DNA of 63,984 nt, counting the filler, from Olpidium bornovanus S191 (Eukaryota > Fungi > Olpidiomycota): NCBI GenBank assembly GCA_017911155.1. It is 27 parts of 27 records of this genome, joined end to end, with 100 filler letters (N's around TTAATTAATTAA, not from the genome) between each part and the next. Parts side by side here need not be neighbours in the genome. Positions count along the whole stretch, not along the records: positions 34,067 to 36,269 come from JAEFCI010007538.1; positions 36,370 to 39,019 come from JAEFCI010011292.1; positions 39,120 to 41,401 come from JAEFCI010003497.1; positions 41,502 to 46,327 come from JAEFCI010002669.1; 23 more parts are not named here. One strand, given 5' to 3'. This document shows, piece by piece, positions 34,128-45,293 of this stretch. Each line of letters opens with the position of its first letter. Position 1 is the first letter of the stretch. The translations under genes and the position numbers were made by a program. Under the pieces are notes generated by a model that was not told the DNA's origin, did not search any database, and saw only the letters and a program-made list of their open reading frames with translations.

Positions 34128-34942
34128 CAGATGTTGCATCCGGACCAACTTGCCGCGTCCCTACCGGCCATATGGTGCTTAATGAATGCCTTGAAGTCTG
34201 ATCGGCGGGCTGATATCTTCGAGGTCTGAGATATGGCGGATTTCGGAGATGCCCGTGATCGGCGTGTTTGCTGATGTATATGTGCGTTCCGACCCGTAGG
34301 CGTTGTTACAGTATTACCATACTTGCTCTAGCCACTCAGCTTCCAAGCGGGTTTTGTTGGATTTTATTTTCGAGGCCTTTATGGTTTGCACGGACGCGGC
34401 GGGTTTTTGCAACCTTTCCCACGTCCACCCTAATTTCATACTCGACAGACCTTGTGGAGACCGTTATCTAAGACCGACATTTTTTGCAACTTACCATTAG
34501 GTGCAGTACCATCGGCAATACGTCGGTCCTCTCCGACGGCCGGCGTCGCGGGCAGCACCGCCACTAGATAATATCTACCGCGACTTCGCATTGTCCATTC
34601 CGAAGACGGTTTTGGAGCTCCGAAACAACCATCCCGCCACCTCCTTGGCCTTTCTCCGGGCTTTGCTGCGGATGTGCGTCGTGTTCAGCGGTGTGGAATC
34701 TGGCGGCGGCGAATTTTTGGACGCCCTGCAAGCTAGCATGGTTCCTTACTTCCACGCCGAGTCCGCCTCTCCCCATGCCGGCAGCAAGAGCATACTGGGA
34801 CCGTTCGTGAATGTGGACAGAGCCGTTCAAAAGGCTGCGGTTGACGTTGTGATTGCAACTGTCCGAAGCCGCGAAAGAGAACCTGAGGATAAGAGTGAAC
34901 TCTCGGAGAGAATGAAGGCCGCGTTTCGGGTTTGTCTGCGAG
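34128..34942 (+). CDS. Probable Ipi1/TEX10 (Rix1 complex) C-terminal region
   Basis: SLPAIWCLM..., SIPKTVLELRNNHPATSLAFL..., LQASMVPYF...GPFVNVDRAVQKAAVDV resembles the TEX10/Ipi1 C-terminal helical repeats. Confidence 0.5.
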
Positions 34943-36177
34943 GTAAGGATTGGGGGTGCGCCGCTGCTTTGACTTCTTGTTTGTGGAATGGTGGTGATTC
35001 TACATAGTGTGATGCTAACTTTGGAAATTTTCGGCCGTTTCGGTCCGCTAGTACCTTCGCTTTCCGAGGAGGCCGGACAATATATCACGGATATGCTTTC
35101 ACTTCACGGCATTACGATATGAATATGGTCACCGTATGATCGCCAGCGCGCACTGGTTTAATGCCGAACGTTTTGTCAAAGGCCTCAGTTTCCGTTCTGC
35201 GGTGTGCATGTGCCTAGTGATCACACGGATAATCGGTCGCCAGGCGAAACATGCTGAACACTGCCGAAAGAAGCAAAACACGCGCTTCTGGGCGAGAACA
35301 AGAATACGCCCTGTTAACTGTTCTTAAACCGTAGGTGGTAGATATTACTATAATACCGCACCTCGCCTGCCGAGATTTATGAAATTCAAAACACCTTAAA
35401 ATTTTGGTTTTGTTTAAGCGTTTGCGTTTGATCGTCTGATTATCCGTTGCTGTGTATGAGCGCTGGGGAAAGGTACCCCACGTGTGCGCGGTGTTGGCTA
35501 CCTGTGGCGCATGGACCGCATTATGACACGTCCTCATGAACCACGGGTTGTTGAACGGGAAGGTATACGCAAAAGACGGAGCACGTGGAACAAATATGGA
35601 TGTGAAAGACAGCAAGGGCCGACAAAACAAGTCGCCTCGCAATTATCTTACCAGCGGTCTCGCTCTCTGTCGGTAATTGGCAGCTCCTCGGCCGCCCACC
35701 GAATTGCGCTCTCGAGATTGACTCCCCCGGGTTCCGATCGGCGTTCTTCGACGCTCCCGCCCCCACACTCAACACGTCGGCCGCGCAGTTGCGTTGTGGT
35801 TATCCCTTTATTTTGGGTGCGCGCGTGCGTGGGTGGGAGCGCGGAAAGCCTTTTCTGTGCGGTTCGTCCACCAGCGCTCGCGACACGCGCCGGACATCTC
35901 CGCTTGGTAAGGGCAGGGGAAGGGTAGAACGAAGGATGAAGTAAGAATGCGCGGGACAACGGATGGTAAAAACAGCTTACGCTTCCGCCTCCCGGACCCC
36001 CTGTCTTCGCCAGCCCTAGGCATTCAACGTGCTTGCGATGCCCGATGGTGCCAGGCGCTTTCGTAAGCACTCTTCCGCCGTGTGGTCTCTGGAGGCTACG
36101 GCACGTAACTGCGTTCGCGGTGACGCTTGGGCGGTATTCCCGAACATAACGTGACAACAGAAGACGATAAGAGGACG

Positions 36178-36228
<51 letters not shown>

Positions 36229-38154
36229 GGGGGGGGGGGAGGGGGGGGGGCCCCCCCCCCCCCCTTTTCNNNNNNNNNNNNNNNNNNNNNNNNNNNNNNN
36301 NNNNNNNNNNNNNTTAATTAATTAANNNNNNNNNNNNNNNNNNNNNNNNNNNNNNNNNNNNNNNNNNNNCATGATCAGGTGATCAGCGATCGGGCGATCC
36401 GTGATCGGCATTGCAATCAGCCTCAGGATTGGCGTTTTCACCACTCGGCATTGACGTTTCGCTGCTCAGCTCTGGCTGATCACCGCGATTGGCATCGCGA
36501 TCGGCATCACGATCGGCCTCTAGCAGCACGACCTCGGCTTCTTCGGTCAGTAGCCTCTCGGCACAATTTTCCGTGAGTGCCCTCTTTCTCTTCTCTCTTG
36601 GCTGCCTCACCTGGAGGGCTCTTCGCGTCGCTTTTCTCCGTATCTCGTCTAGAAGTCCCTTGCCGCCGCTTCCGGGTTCCTCACCTAGAGGGCCCTTGCC
36701 GTTGGTCTCAGGGTACCTCACCTAGAGGCCCTGAACGTGGTTTCCTTGCCTAGAGGGCTTTTCCTGTCACTCTTCCGAATACCTCGTCTGAGGACTCCCT
36801 TCTCTCATTTTCGCACGGCCTGCACCCGTCATTCGCTTGGCCTCTGGCTGGCTTTTGCACTCGTTTGCTGCTCCGTTCCCTTTTTCCTTTTTTTTTCGCT
36901 CTGCCTTTCGCCAGCATTCTTTTTTGGCGCGGTTTCCAGCCGACAGTGAAATCGAATGGCGGCAACGGCATGCTTGCCGCCGCTGCTCACAGCGCCGACG
37001 CGCCGAACTTCGAGATAACGGTGACGGCGGAGGTGAGGCCTGGGTATGGCGAAGGCAATGGCGGATGCGCGGAATGTCCAGCGCTTCTCGGCGGCGGGCG
37101 TGAGCTGAGTTTTGGCTCGGCGTCAGCCTCAGCTTCAGCTCTCTGGGCCTCTGCCTTCGAGGGCCTCGCGGGAACCACTCGCCTTTCTCTCTGCCTCACG
37201 GAGGGTGGGGGCGGAGGAAGGGGGGGGGGGGGCACCTCAGTGTGGACACGCCTCTCCTCCTGTCCATACACCAGAACGGAACGCAGCCCCCCCGTCGGAG
37301 AGCAAGGGGCGCACACCAGAAAGGAGCACTCCCGCGATGTACCAAGGGTTCACTCCGCAAAAAGACCAATGAGAATCAGAATGAAAAGTCACAGGGACTT
37401 CCTTCCTATTTAAAGCTTGATTTAAATCTTAAACTCTGTTATCCTTAGCCCAGCCTTCGGCCCGGTCTCTCCTCAGCACGGCCCCTGGCCGGCTCGTTTT
37501 CTTCAACACAACCTCTTGCAGGCTCTTTCTCCTGAGCACGGCTTCCAGCCGGCTTTCCTTCTCTCTCTTTCTGTCTTTCTGCCGCGGAGGCCGGCGGGAT
37601 GGCCGGTGCCGCGCATAGCGGGGCCACCGGGGGCACGGGCCCAGCGACGCCACACAGAAGCGGCGGCGGCAACGGCAATAGCGCCGGCTTGGCGACGACG
37701 AAGGCGATCACTGGCGCAGCAAAGGCGGCCGCGAGGTGGGGTGTCCGCAGGGACGGCCGCGGGATGGCCTATCACTCTGATGTCGCCGGGGCTTTCTCTC
37801 TGTTGGGGGCGTGTTTTTGCCTATGGGGAAGAGGCTCCGCGTTGCGTTCGTTTTTTTTTATTTTCCGGGAGGTTTCTGCGTGGCGGGAGGGATGTTTTGC
37901 CCGGCGCGTGGTAGCCTTATGAGAAAGAGGCGAAAGGGAGGGGAAGACTGGGATAGGGGTTCTCTCCCGCTTCCGGGTTTTGTTTTGTATGGATATCCAA
38001 TTTTGTCTGTGTAGGGTGTTGCGGATGGTCAAGGACCAAGTGCAGTCTTCCCTTTGATATGGAATCCTCCGGTATGGAATATCCTTTGCTACGGAATGGA
38101 ATATCATTTCCACCAACCCCGTTTTATGGTCGCTACGGAATACGGAATTCCTGA

Positions 38155-39019
38155 TGTTTTCTGGTTCTTGGACAAGCTTCATGATCTCGGCGTCTGTTAG
38201 CTCTATGTGTGCTGACTTCTCTTCTTCCACCGGGTTGATGAGATATGCAAGCGACATTGGATTCAAAAGCGGAAGGCATTCCGAAGCTGCTTCCAGTTCC
38301 TGATCCACCAATTGTCCGTCCATTGAGCCAGCTTTACCTCCTGAACAGCTGCACCGGTTCCAGCTTCCTGCCTTTCAGCCGGACCATCCATGAGTCCAGT
38401 GTGATGGATGCGATTCTTGATAGTGGTAATTTCACTCCAAGCTGTCAGCGACCAGCGCATTGCCGTGAGCTGATCAACCTTGTAGAGGTTGAGCTCGTTG
38501 CGCTCGTCCCGATCCAAAGTGTTCTGAAGATGAAAACCCCGGTAACGTTTCTTGAATACAGAGATGATTCCAGCATCCATTGACTGGACCTTGGGTGTTG
38601 TATTGGGTGGGAGAGCCCATATCTTGATGCTTGTGAGCTGCAGATCAGCAAGGATATGCGAAGGAATGTTGTCCACCAAAAGGCGGATGTTTCAGTTCTG
38701 CGACTGGAAAACAAGTTTTAATGCTTAAAAGACAATTCCAAATTGGATCAAGTTCAGAGATGCAAAGTAGCTTCATCTTTTTCTTAAAATCTCCCAACCA
38801 CTCATGGAAAAGAAACCCGGTCATCCAAGCCTTCTTGTTTGACTTGTAGACAAAGGAAAGCTGGATGGCTGTTTTCCGCTCGAAGCACCGCGGCTTGGCA
38901 TGGCCGGTGAAGAAAGGTGGAAGCTTGTTGGAGCCATCTGCGTTTACGGTGAAGGCAATGGTGATGCGCATCTGAATGTTTTGTTGGCATCAAACAATTG
39001 TAGGCAAGAAAACAATGAC
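38155..39019 (-). mobile_element. Degenerate pogo/Tc5 (Tigger-like, DDE_1) DNA transposase
   Basis: RITIAFTVNADGSNKLPP...YKSNKKAWMT...LLVDNIPSH...LPPNTTPKVQSMDAGII...FKKRYR...VDQLTAMRW...HTGL and MSLAYLINPVEEE; stop and frameshifts. Confidence 0.88.
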
Positions 39020-39233
39020 NNNNNNNNNNNNNNNNNNNNNNNNNNNNNNNNNNNNNNNNNNNNTTAATTAATTAANNNNNNNNNNNNNNNNNNNNNNNNN
39101 NNNNNNNNNNNNNNNNNNNCATGCGTCGCTCGCGCTCTGAGCGCTGCCTGACAAGGAAGCCAAGTGTGGGGTCAACTTACGGCGCCTGCTCTGGTGGTCT
39201 TTACTCCTGAACCAGTTTAGAATCTGGCATCGG

Positions 39234-40400
39234 CTAAATTTGTCGCACCAACATTACCTGAAATTCAAGCAATTTTTTGTCGCATTCCTCCTTCACTTCG
39301 AGGATGGCAACTTCTTTTTCATATACCAGTGCGTCTGGAATGCAAAAATTCACGTCAGAAACTACTCTGCTGTGTTTTACAAAAACATAGTCGTGGATCT
39401 CCGTAAAATACTGCTCACCTATTGCCTTCTGGTTCTCCTCGTTATTCCTAACAAGCTTGTCATTCAGCGTGCGCAAAGATCGCAACTCCGCTTCAAGGTC
39501 TGCGGCCCAGTGATCGCGTTCGCGTGTAGGCGGCTGTGTTTCCGACACCACGTACGGCGACAAAGAGCCGGACCGCCGGCGACCATTAACACGGTGATGA
39601 AAACTGCCGTCGCCCTCAAGTTGTACGTCGTGCGTGTTAGGCGCCGCTCTCGATCTCGGCTCGATCGAGGCCGACATGCCAAAAGCACCATGTCGGTGTC
39701 GCAGGATCTTCGCACCACCGTTGCCCTTGATTTCCCGACGGAATGAACGCTTACTTGGTTTCGACGCCGAGGTTGCTCTACCGCCTTGATTATGCGCGTC
39801 GGCCCCGCCGCTCGCGTTATCTTCGCCTGTCAATCCGCCGTCGTCCAGCGGTTTCTCGTCCTCGACGTCATACTCGTCGTCCATATCTCCGAGATCAATC
39901 CGCGGCGAAGAATACGAGGACCCGGTGTCCGTCCCGGGCGAATACCGGCTGGCAGGTGTTGGCGTGTCAGGGTTTGCGTAAGGGTCGTGCCCGACCCGCC
40001 GCCAAAGCACGTTTGTTTTTCTTGGATCCCGCGCAGCGTGCATCTCCGTTACGCCTTTCGGAGGCGCGGTGCGGTGACCGCTTGCCAATCCTTCGGCCAG
40101 TGCGTCCATCTCCTCAGCCTCTTCCTCCTCCTCCTCCTCCTCCTCCTCTATTCCTTCCTCGTCCACCGTGAGTTCGGCCAAGTCCTCGTTGTTTAGAAAC
40201 ACTGTTGGCGGCCGCCCGTCTTGCGCGAAAATGCCTGCCGAGTAGTCATTGGCGACATGGCCACTGTCCTGCCGCACGGAGCCAGGTAGCCTGTCCAACC
40301 CATCACCGCCGCCGGCCTTCTGCTCTTCGTCGTCCTCCGAGTCGGTGAGCTCCCTAAGCACCTTCTCCAGCTCCATGGCGCGTTGCTGTTCCTCGTCCAT
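39234..40400 (-). CDS. Acidic N-terminus / coiled-coil protein, unknown function (3'-truncated)
   Basis: Long open frame from MDEEQQRAMELEK (ATG 40400); donor GTGAGC at 39418; next exon DALVYEKEVAILEVKEECDKKLLEFQ then GTAATG. Confidence 0.65.
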   Translation of the reverse strand: MDEEQQRAMELEKVLRELTDSEDDEEQKAGGGDGLDRLPGSVRQDSGHVANDYSAGIFAQDGRPPTVFLNNEDLAELTVDEEGIEEEEEEEEEEAEEMDALAEGLASGHRTAPPKGVTEMHAARDPRKTNVLWRRVGHDPYANPDTPTPASRYSPGTDTGSSYSSPRIDLGDMDDEYDVEDEKPLDDGGLTGEDNASGGADAHNQGGRATSASKPSKRSFRREIKGNGGAKILRHRHGAFGMSASIEPRSRAAPNTHDVQLEGDGSFHHRVNGRRRSGSLSPYVVSETQPPTRERDHWAADLEAELRSLRTLNDKLVRNNEENQKAIGEQYFTEIHDYVFVKHSRVVSDVNFCIPDALVYEKEVAILEVKEECDKKLLEFQVMLVRQI

Positions 40401-40963
40401 CGCAATCTTTGCGCACCTTGGAACTGTCGTTTGGACGCCAGTGAACCACGGGCGGACCGGCGCAGGGCGCGCGTGCTCGTCAAGATCTGCGTGAGCGACG
40501 ACAGTTTCTGCAGCGTGGCAAATCCCAACAACAATCTGGCGCCGATCTGGCCTGCGGCTGCGCTGCCGTGAGATCGGTGGCGGGCGTCGGTTGTGCCGCT
40601 TCGCCCGACGACGACGGCAAGGAAACGAAGGGGTTTTTTGGCGCATCAGCGTGCGGGGCGCCAAAACCCAAAACCCCTCTAAACCAAAAAAAAGAAAAAA
40701 AAAAAAAAAGAACAAATTAAGGGCCCTAAACCAACCCCCGCCCGTTCTACGTTTGGGTCTCTCGGGATTTCGGCCCGAAAAACGTCGCGGAACATCCCAC
40801 ACAAATTGCGTCACGCTCTTCCCTCCTCCCCCCCACGCCCCACACCCCCTGTCAATTGTCCCAGGCGGAGTCGGCGTGCGGGACGCCGGTGCCGTGTGCT
40901 TTCGAGACCATGTGGGACACCGAGGAATAACACCAGGCTGCCTCCTTTTTTTTCGCTGTTTGA

Positions 40964-40970
40964 TATAAAA
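40964..40970 (+). promoter_or_regulatory. Candidate TATA box for the secreted-protein gene at 41133
   Basis: TATAAAA about 165 bp upstream of the ATG, in a divergent intergenic region. Confidence 0.4.
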
Positions 40971-41132
40971 TAAAAGGTCTCAGTGGCCTCTGGGAAGACG
41001 ATCAGTACTCACAGCTCCACCGCCCCGCGAGTAGAAAAAATGACATTGCGTGGGAGCGTTTTCAAGGAAGGCCCCCGCCGCGAGGAGGGTGCAGGAGGGG
41101 GACGGGCGAGTTTCCATACCGAAAAATGACCA

Positions 41133-41352
41133 ATGGGTTTGCGCCTGCTTCTTGTTATCTTTCTTTCTTTTTTTGTTTTATTTTTAGCTACTCCAGCCGA
41201 ATCTTTTACGCAAAATTTCAATGCTTTGGTCTTCCAAACAAACGGTGACATTCCGGACGCGCTTTCTGACAGAGACGTAAATACAGCTCGACAACTTTGG
41301 ATGTCAGTCGTACACGTCGCTGATCCAGGCTGCGAGGTGGAACGCACCCTCA
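41133..41352 (+). CDS. Predicted secreted protein, first exon
   Basis: Signal-peptide-like MGLRLLLVIFLSFFVLFLATPAES|F; the exon ends at donor GTAAGC (41353). Confidence 0.6.
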
Positions 41353-42926
41353 GGTAAGCATCTAGGCGGGGCGCGCGAGCGAAATCAGGAGTAATAGCAT
41401 GNNNNNNNNNNNNNNNNNNNNNNNNNNNNNNNNNNNNNNNNNNNNTTAATTAATTAANNNNNNNNNNNNNNNNNNNNNNNNNNNNNNNNNNNNNNNNNNN
41501 NCATGATTTGAACTTGGTGGAACACTTCATTCATTTCCGATGCTGTTGGAAGATAGCTAGTAGCAGTTTACTGTTGGCCGGAGCTTGTGGTATATTGAGC
41601 CAACAGCACACGAAAAAAATGTGTTGCCAAAATTTCGCGAAGGCGACGAGAGAATGGCAGGCCCATTGTGCTTGTGTTAAGACGCGTGTGCACGGCGCCG
41701 CAGTGTCTTTGTCGTGCTGTGCGTTTTTGACTCCTTGCGCACCAATTTCAGTCCGTGATGTGTAAAACTTTGCGGCAGGCATCCTCCCAGATCTCGCTGG
41801 CTGCATGGCTGCACGTCTCCGTTTCCTCTGTCTCCGTCTCCGTCTCTTTCGTGCACGTCTCAGTCTCGGTTCCCGTCCCGGTCTCGGTCTCCCTTTGTTT
41901 TTCGAGCTCGTTGTTCACTATAGGCAACGTGGGGGGGGGGAGGTTGTGTCCTTAGTCATGCCCCCAAAAAAATGCTCACCAGCTGACCACGCGCCGCGCA
42001 GCCTACAAAAGCTGTTCAAGACGGCAGGGTCCTCCGTATTCCAGGAGATGCGCGGAGCGTTCCCTGTTACCAGGCTCTTTCCCCCTGGGCAGGAGTATTC
42101 TACCTGGGCGTGGTTCCCATGGAAAAATTAGCAAATTTTACTTAAAAGAAACTATTACTAGTAAGCTTTAAAAGTATAAAGCAGAAAAAAAGTGATGAGA
42201 CCCTCGGATTTTTTTACGATAGTAATAACAAAAGAAAAAAATCAAAGTGCGGCCACGCCGGCCCGCGGCGGAACCGCAGAGGCGGCCCGCGGGCGCAGCG
42301 GAGAATTGAACAGCAACGACAACGCCGGCCTTGCTCGATGTGCAAACGAGAGGCGAACGCGCGTTCACGCTTTCGCGGGGCGGTTTGCAGACTGCACCAG
42401 CCGGGGCGATAAAGAGAAAGCGCCGCGGACGAGCTTCCGCGAGAAGCCGTTTTCGATTTGCGAGACGACACGGCGGCGAGGTGCGGCCGAGTTTTCTTTT
42501 TTCGCGTTGGGCGGGGGGGGAATTGGGGGGGGGTGTGGGGTGTTCGAGGACAGGAGAGAATGGGGTGGGACCGCCCTACGCTTGGTCGTGCAGAGCGTGC
42601 GCGGCGTGTTCTTCTTTTTTGTTTTTCTTTTCGTTTTCCTGTTTTCTTCTTCCTGCGTGCGCGGTTTTTTTTTTGTGTTTTGTTTTTTTTTTTCTTTTCT
42701 CTTTCCCTTTCCCACCTCCCCCTCTCCGGCGCACGCGTTTTCCCCCGTTCCGCGTGTTCCTTTATTTTCTTTCTCTTCCATTTCGGAGCTTGTTTTTTCT
42801 CCCTGCGCGCGTGGAACGAGGACGAGAGAACGTGAGAGGAGCAGCGCCGGCGGGGGGGGGGGGGGGGGGGGGGGGGGGATGCGGGGAAGGCTTCCCCGCC
42901 CGCTCTCGCTTTCCCCGGAACACCCG

Positions 42927-43465
42927 GATGGCGGCGCCTCCGCCGCTCCCGCCGAGGTCCCCGCAGGCGCGCGAGCGCGGGGACCCGTCGCCGCCGCCGC
43001 CGCCGCCGCAGCGGGAAGACGACCCCTTCGGGGGGCTGCAAGGCGACGGCCCCGCCGCCGGCCCGACCGGCGCGGGGCCGATGCCGCCCCTCGCGCCCCT
43101 GGAACCGCCCTGGCCCGCCGTGGGGTGTGCGCCCTCGCCCCTTCCGCCGCGGCCCCGCACGGCCGCGGCGCGGCCGCCGGGCGCCCCGCGCACGGATCCG
43201 CCGCCGCTGCAGGGCCTGGACGCGCGCATCGAAATCCTGCGCGCGGAGGGCCTCCGGCCTTCGGACCCGAACGGCCTCGCCGACCCGTTTGTTTCGGTGC
43301 TGCTCTCGCGCGTCGTCGCCGACGCCGAGGCGCGGCGCACGTTCCGGCGGCTTTGGGACCGGAGCGGGATTCCCGAGGCCGGGGGTCGGCGGCCGGGCTT
43401 CGCTCCGCCACAGGCCGGCGAGCGCGGGCGGTCCCCCGGGCGAGAGCCGCCGTCGCCGCAACTGC

Positions 43466-43515
<50 letters not shown>

Positions 43516-45293
43516 CACGGCGCCGACGCGAAGGCCGAAGACGACGACGGAAGTCCTTCCGGATACCTGCTCTACAGTACGCCGACAATGTGGCGCACGC
43601 TCGATCCGACTTGGGACGACGAGCTCGTCGTGAGGAACGTTCCCGGCGACTGCGTCGTGCTGTTCAGGTTGGTCGACCGGGACGCTTACTTCGCGAAGAA
43701 CGACTGGCTCGGCGACGCCGTCCTGCCGTGCCCGTTGCGCGACGCGTCTTCGGCCCCGGAGCGGCCCCCCGGCGCGTCCGACGCGGAGGGCCCGGCGGCC
43801 GGCCCGCCGCGCCCCGCCGAGTTCCCCCTGCCGGTAACCTGGGGCCCGGCGCGAACAACCGAAGGCCGCCTCGCCGTCCGCGTCGAGGTATTGGGCCCCA
43901 CGGGAAACCCGCACCTGCCGACGAGGCGGGCCGGGCCGATACACTGGCACCGCCACAAGTCGAAGAGCGCGGGCGTGGTTTCCACCGGGTCGCTGCTCGG
44001 CCTCATAGGGGGCGACCCCGGTTACCACACGTACGCGGTGGACCTGCACCACACCGCGGAGGTGTTTGGGAACACGCGGCAGGTGATTCTCCACGGGGAC
44101 ATTCTTATTACCGCTGTTGCCGTTATTGTAATTTTTTCTTCTTTTTTGTTCATTTTGTTTGGCCAGGTCTGGCATCGGGCGTTTTGTGGAAGGCGGATGC
44201 AGATAAGAAGCTCCCGCGATAACACATTTATCCGTGCGTCGTACGATTGCAGCCGTGGTCCCGCGCTCACCGTCCCGCGGCGCAGATCTTTGGCGAAGGC
44301 CCCGCGTGCGAAGCGGTTCGACTGGCGGTTCGTGCCCAGCACAGGTTCCTCTTCCATAACAATGCCGGCAGCGAACAAGGGGTGATCCTGCAGACTCGCG
44401 GCTTCTTTGACCTCATCGAGTAAGCACGAAGGGTGGTGGGCGTGCAGGATAAACGCCATCTGTCTAAAATGTTCTCCGCTTTCGAGAGCAGAAGTTTGAC
44501 CGGAAAAAAAAACGTGTCTAATTTGACTTTCCGACGGCGACCCGTACCGTTCTTTTTTTCCTCAATTTTTTTTTTTTTTTTTGTCGTTTCGAGGTGGGGC
44601 CGACGAAAAGGAAAACCCCGGGTTTTCACCTACGTCGTCAACGACGGGCAGTGCTTCTTCGGCGAGACGGGCGACACTTTCGGGAAGGACGCGCTGTCGA
44701 AGCACGCGGTACTTGCCGGCGGGTCCCCGGAAGTGGTGTACTCGGGGGAGTTTTTCGTCGTCCAGAGCCAGGCCGCGGCGAGCCCGGCGGCGGGAGCCGG
44801 CGGCGGGCACGGCGGCGGCGGCGGAGCCGGATGTGCCGCCGAGAACATCCTCCTCGGCGCCGCGGCCAAGGGTTGCGCCCTCGCGCTGGTCGGGCACGTC
44901 GGGGAGACCGTATTCGGGTCCGCGGGCGCGCGCGGGGCCGCCGTCCCGGCCGACGCTCCTCCCGGCGCCGCCGTCCCGGAGGCCCCAGGGCCGCCGTCCC
45001 CGCACGACCCGGCGCGTCCGCCGCCGCCGCCGCCGCCGCCGCCGCGGTCGCCGTCTTCTCCGCACGTCACCAACCTGCCGCCGCCCCCCTCCGGCTCGTT
45101 CCCGGAAGGGACCCCCCTCCCGCTGCTCGTCTTGACCAACAACTCGGGCACCTACGCCCCGAGCGCCGCCGAGCTCCCGCGGCTGGAGTCGATCTGGAGG
45201 GCGAATTTCCCGGGCATCTCCGTAACCGCGTTGGACCGCGCCGACGAGAGGATCGCCGCTCTCAGGGCCGCTGCGGGCCTCCCCCACCACTGA
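42927..45293 (+). CDS. C2-domain protein with conserved C-terminal SKHA/YSGEF/NNSGTYAP domain (complete, 3 exons)
   Basis: C2: IEILRAEGLRPSDPNGLADPFV...TLDPTWDD...DRDAYFAKNDWLGD; exon 2 from about 44251 AAQIFGEGP...QHRFLF; exon 3 FTYVVND...FGETG...SKHA...YSGEF...NNSGTYAP...NFPG. Confidence 0.8.
43466..43511 (+). repeat. (CAG)n polyglutamine tract within the C2 domain
   Basis: About 15 consecutive CAG codons in frame. Confidence 0.9.

Noticed and set aside
35648-36157. 169-aa minus-strand ORF
   Set aside because: No motif recognised in any frame; flanked by low-complexity tracts.
36383-37653. Charged ORFs with short cctagaggg(c)cc repeats
   Set aside because: Could be exons of an orphan gene, but no homology or consistent splice model; left uncalled.
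42192-44222. 676-aa (+) and 653-aa (-) ORFs
   Set aside because: Shadow frames of the C2-domain gene, whose real frame is that of ORF 42331..44385 starting at 42927.
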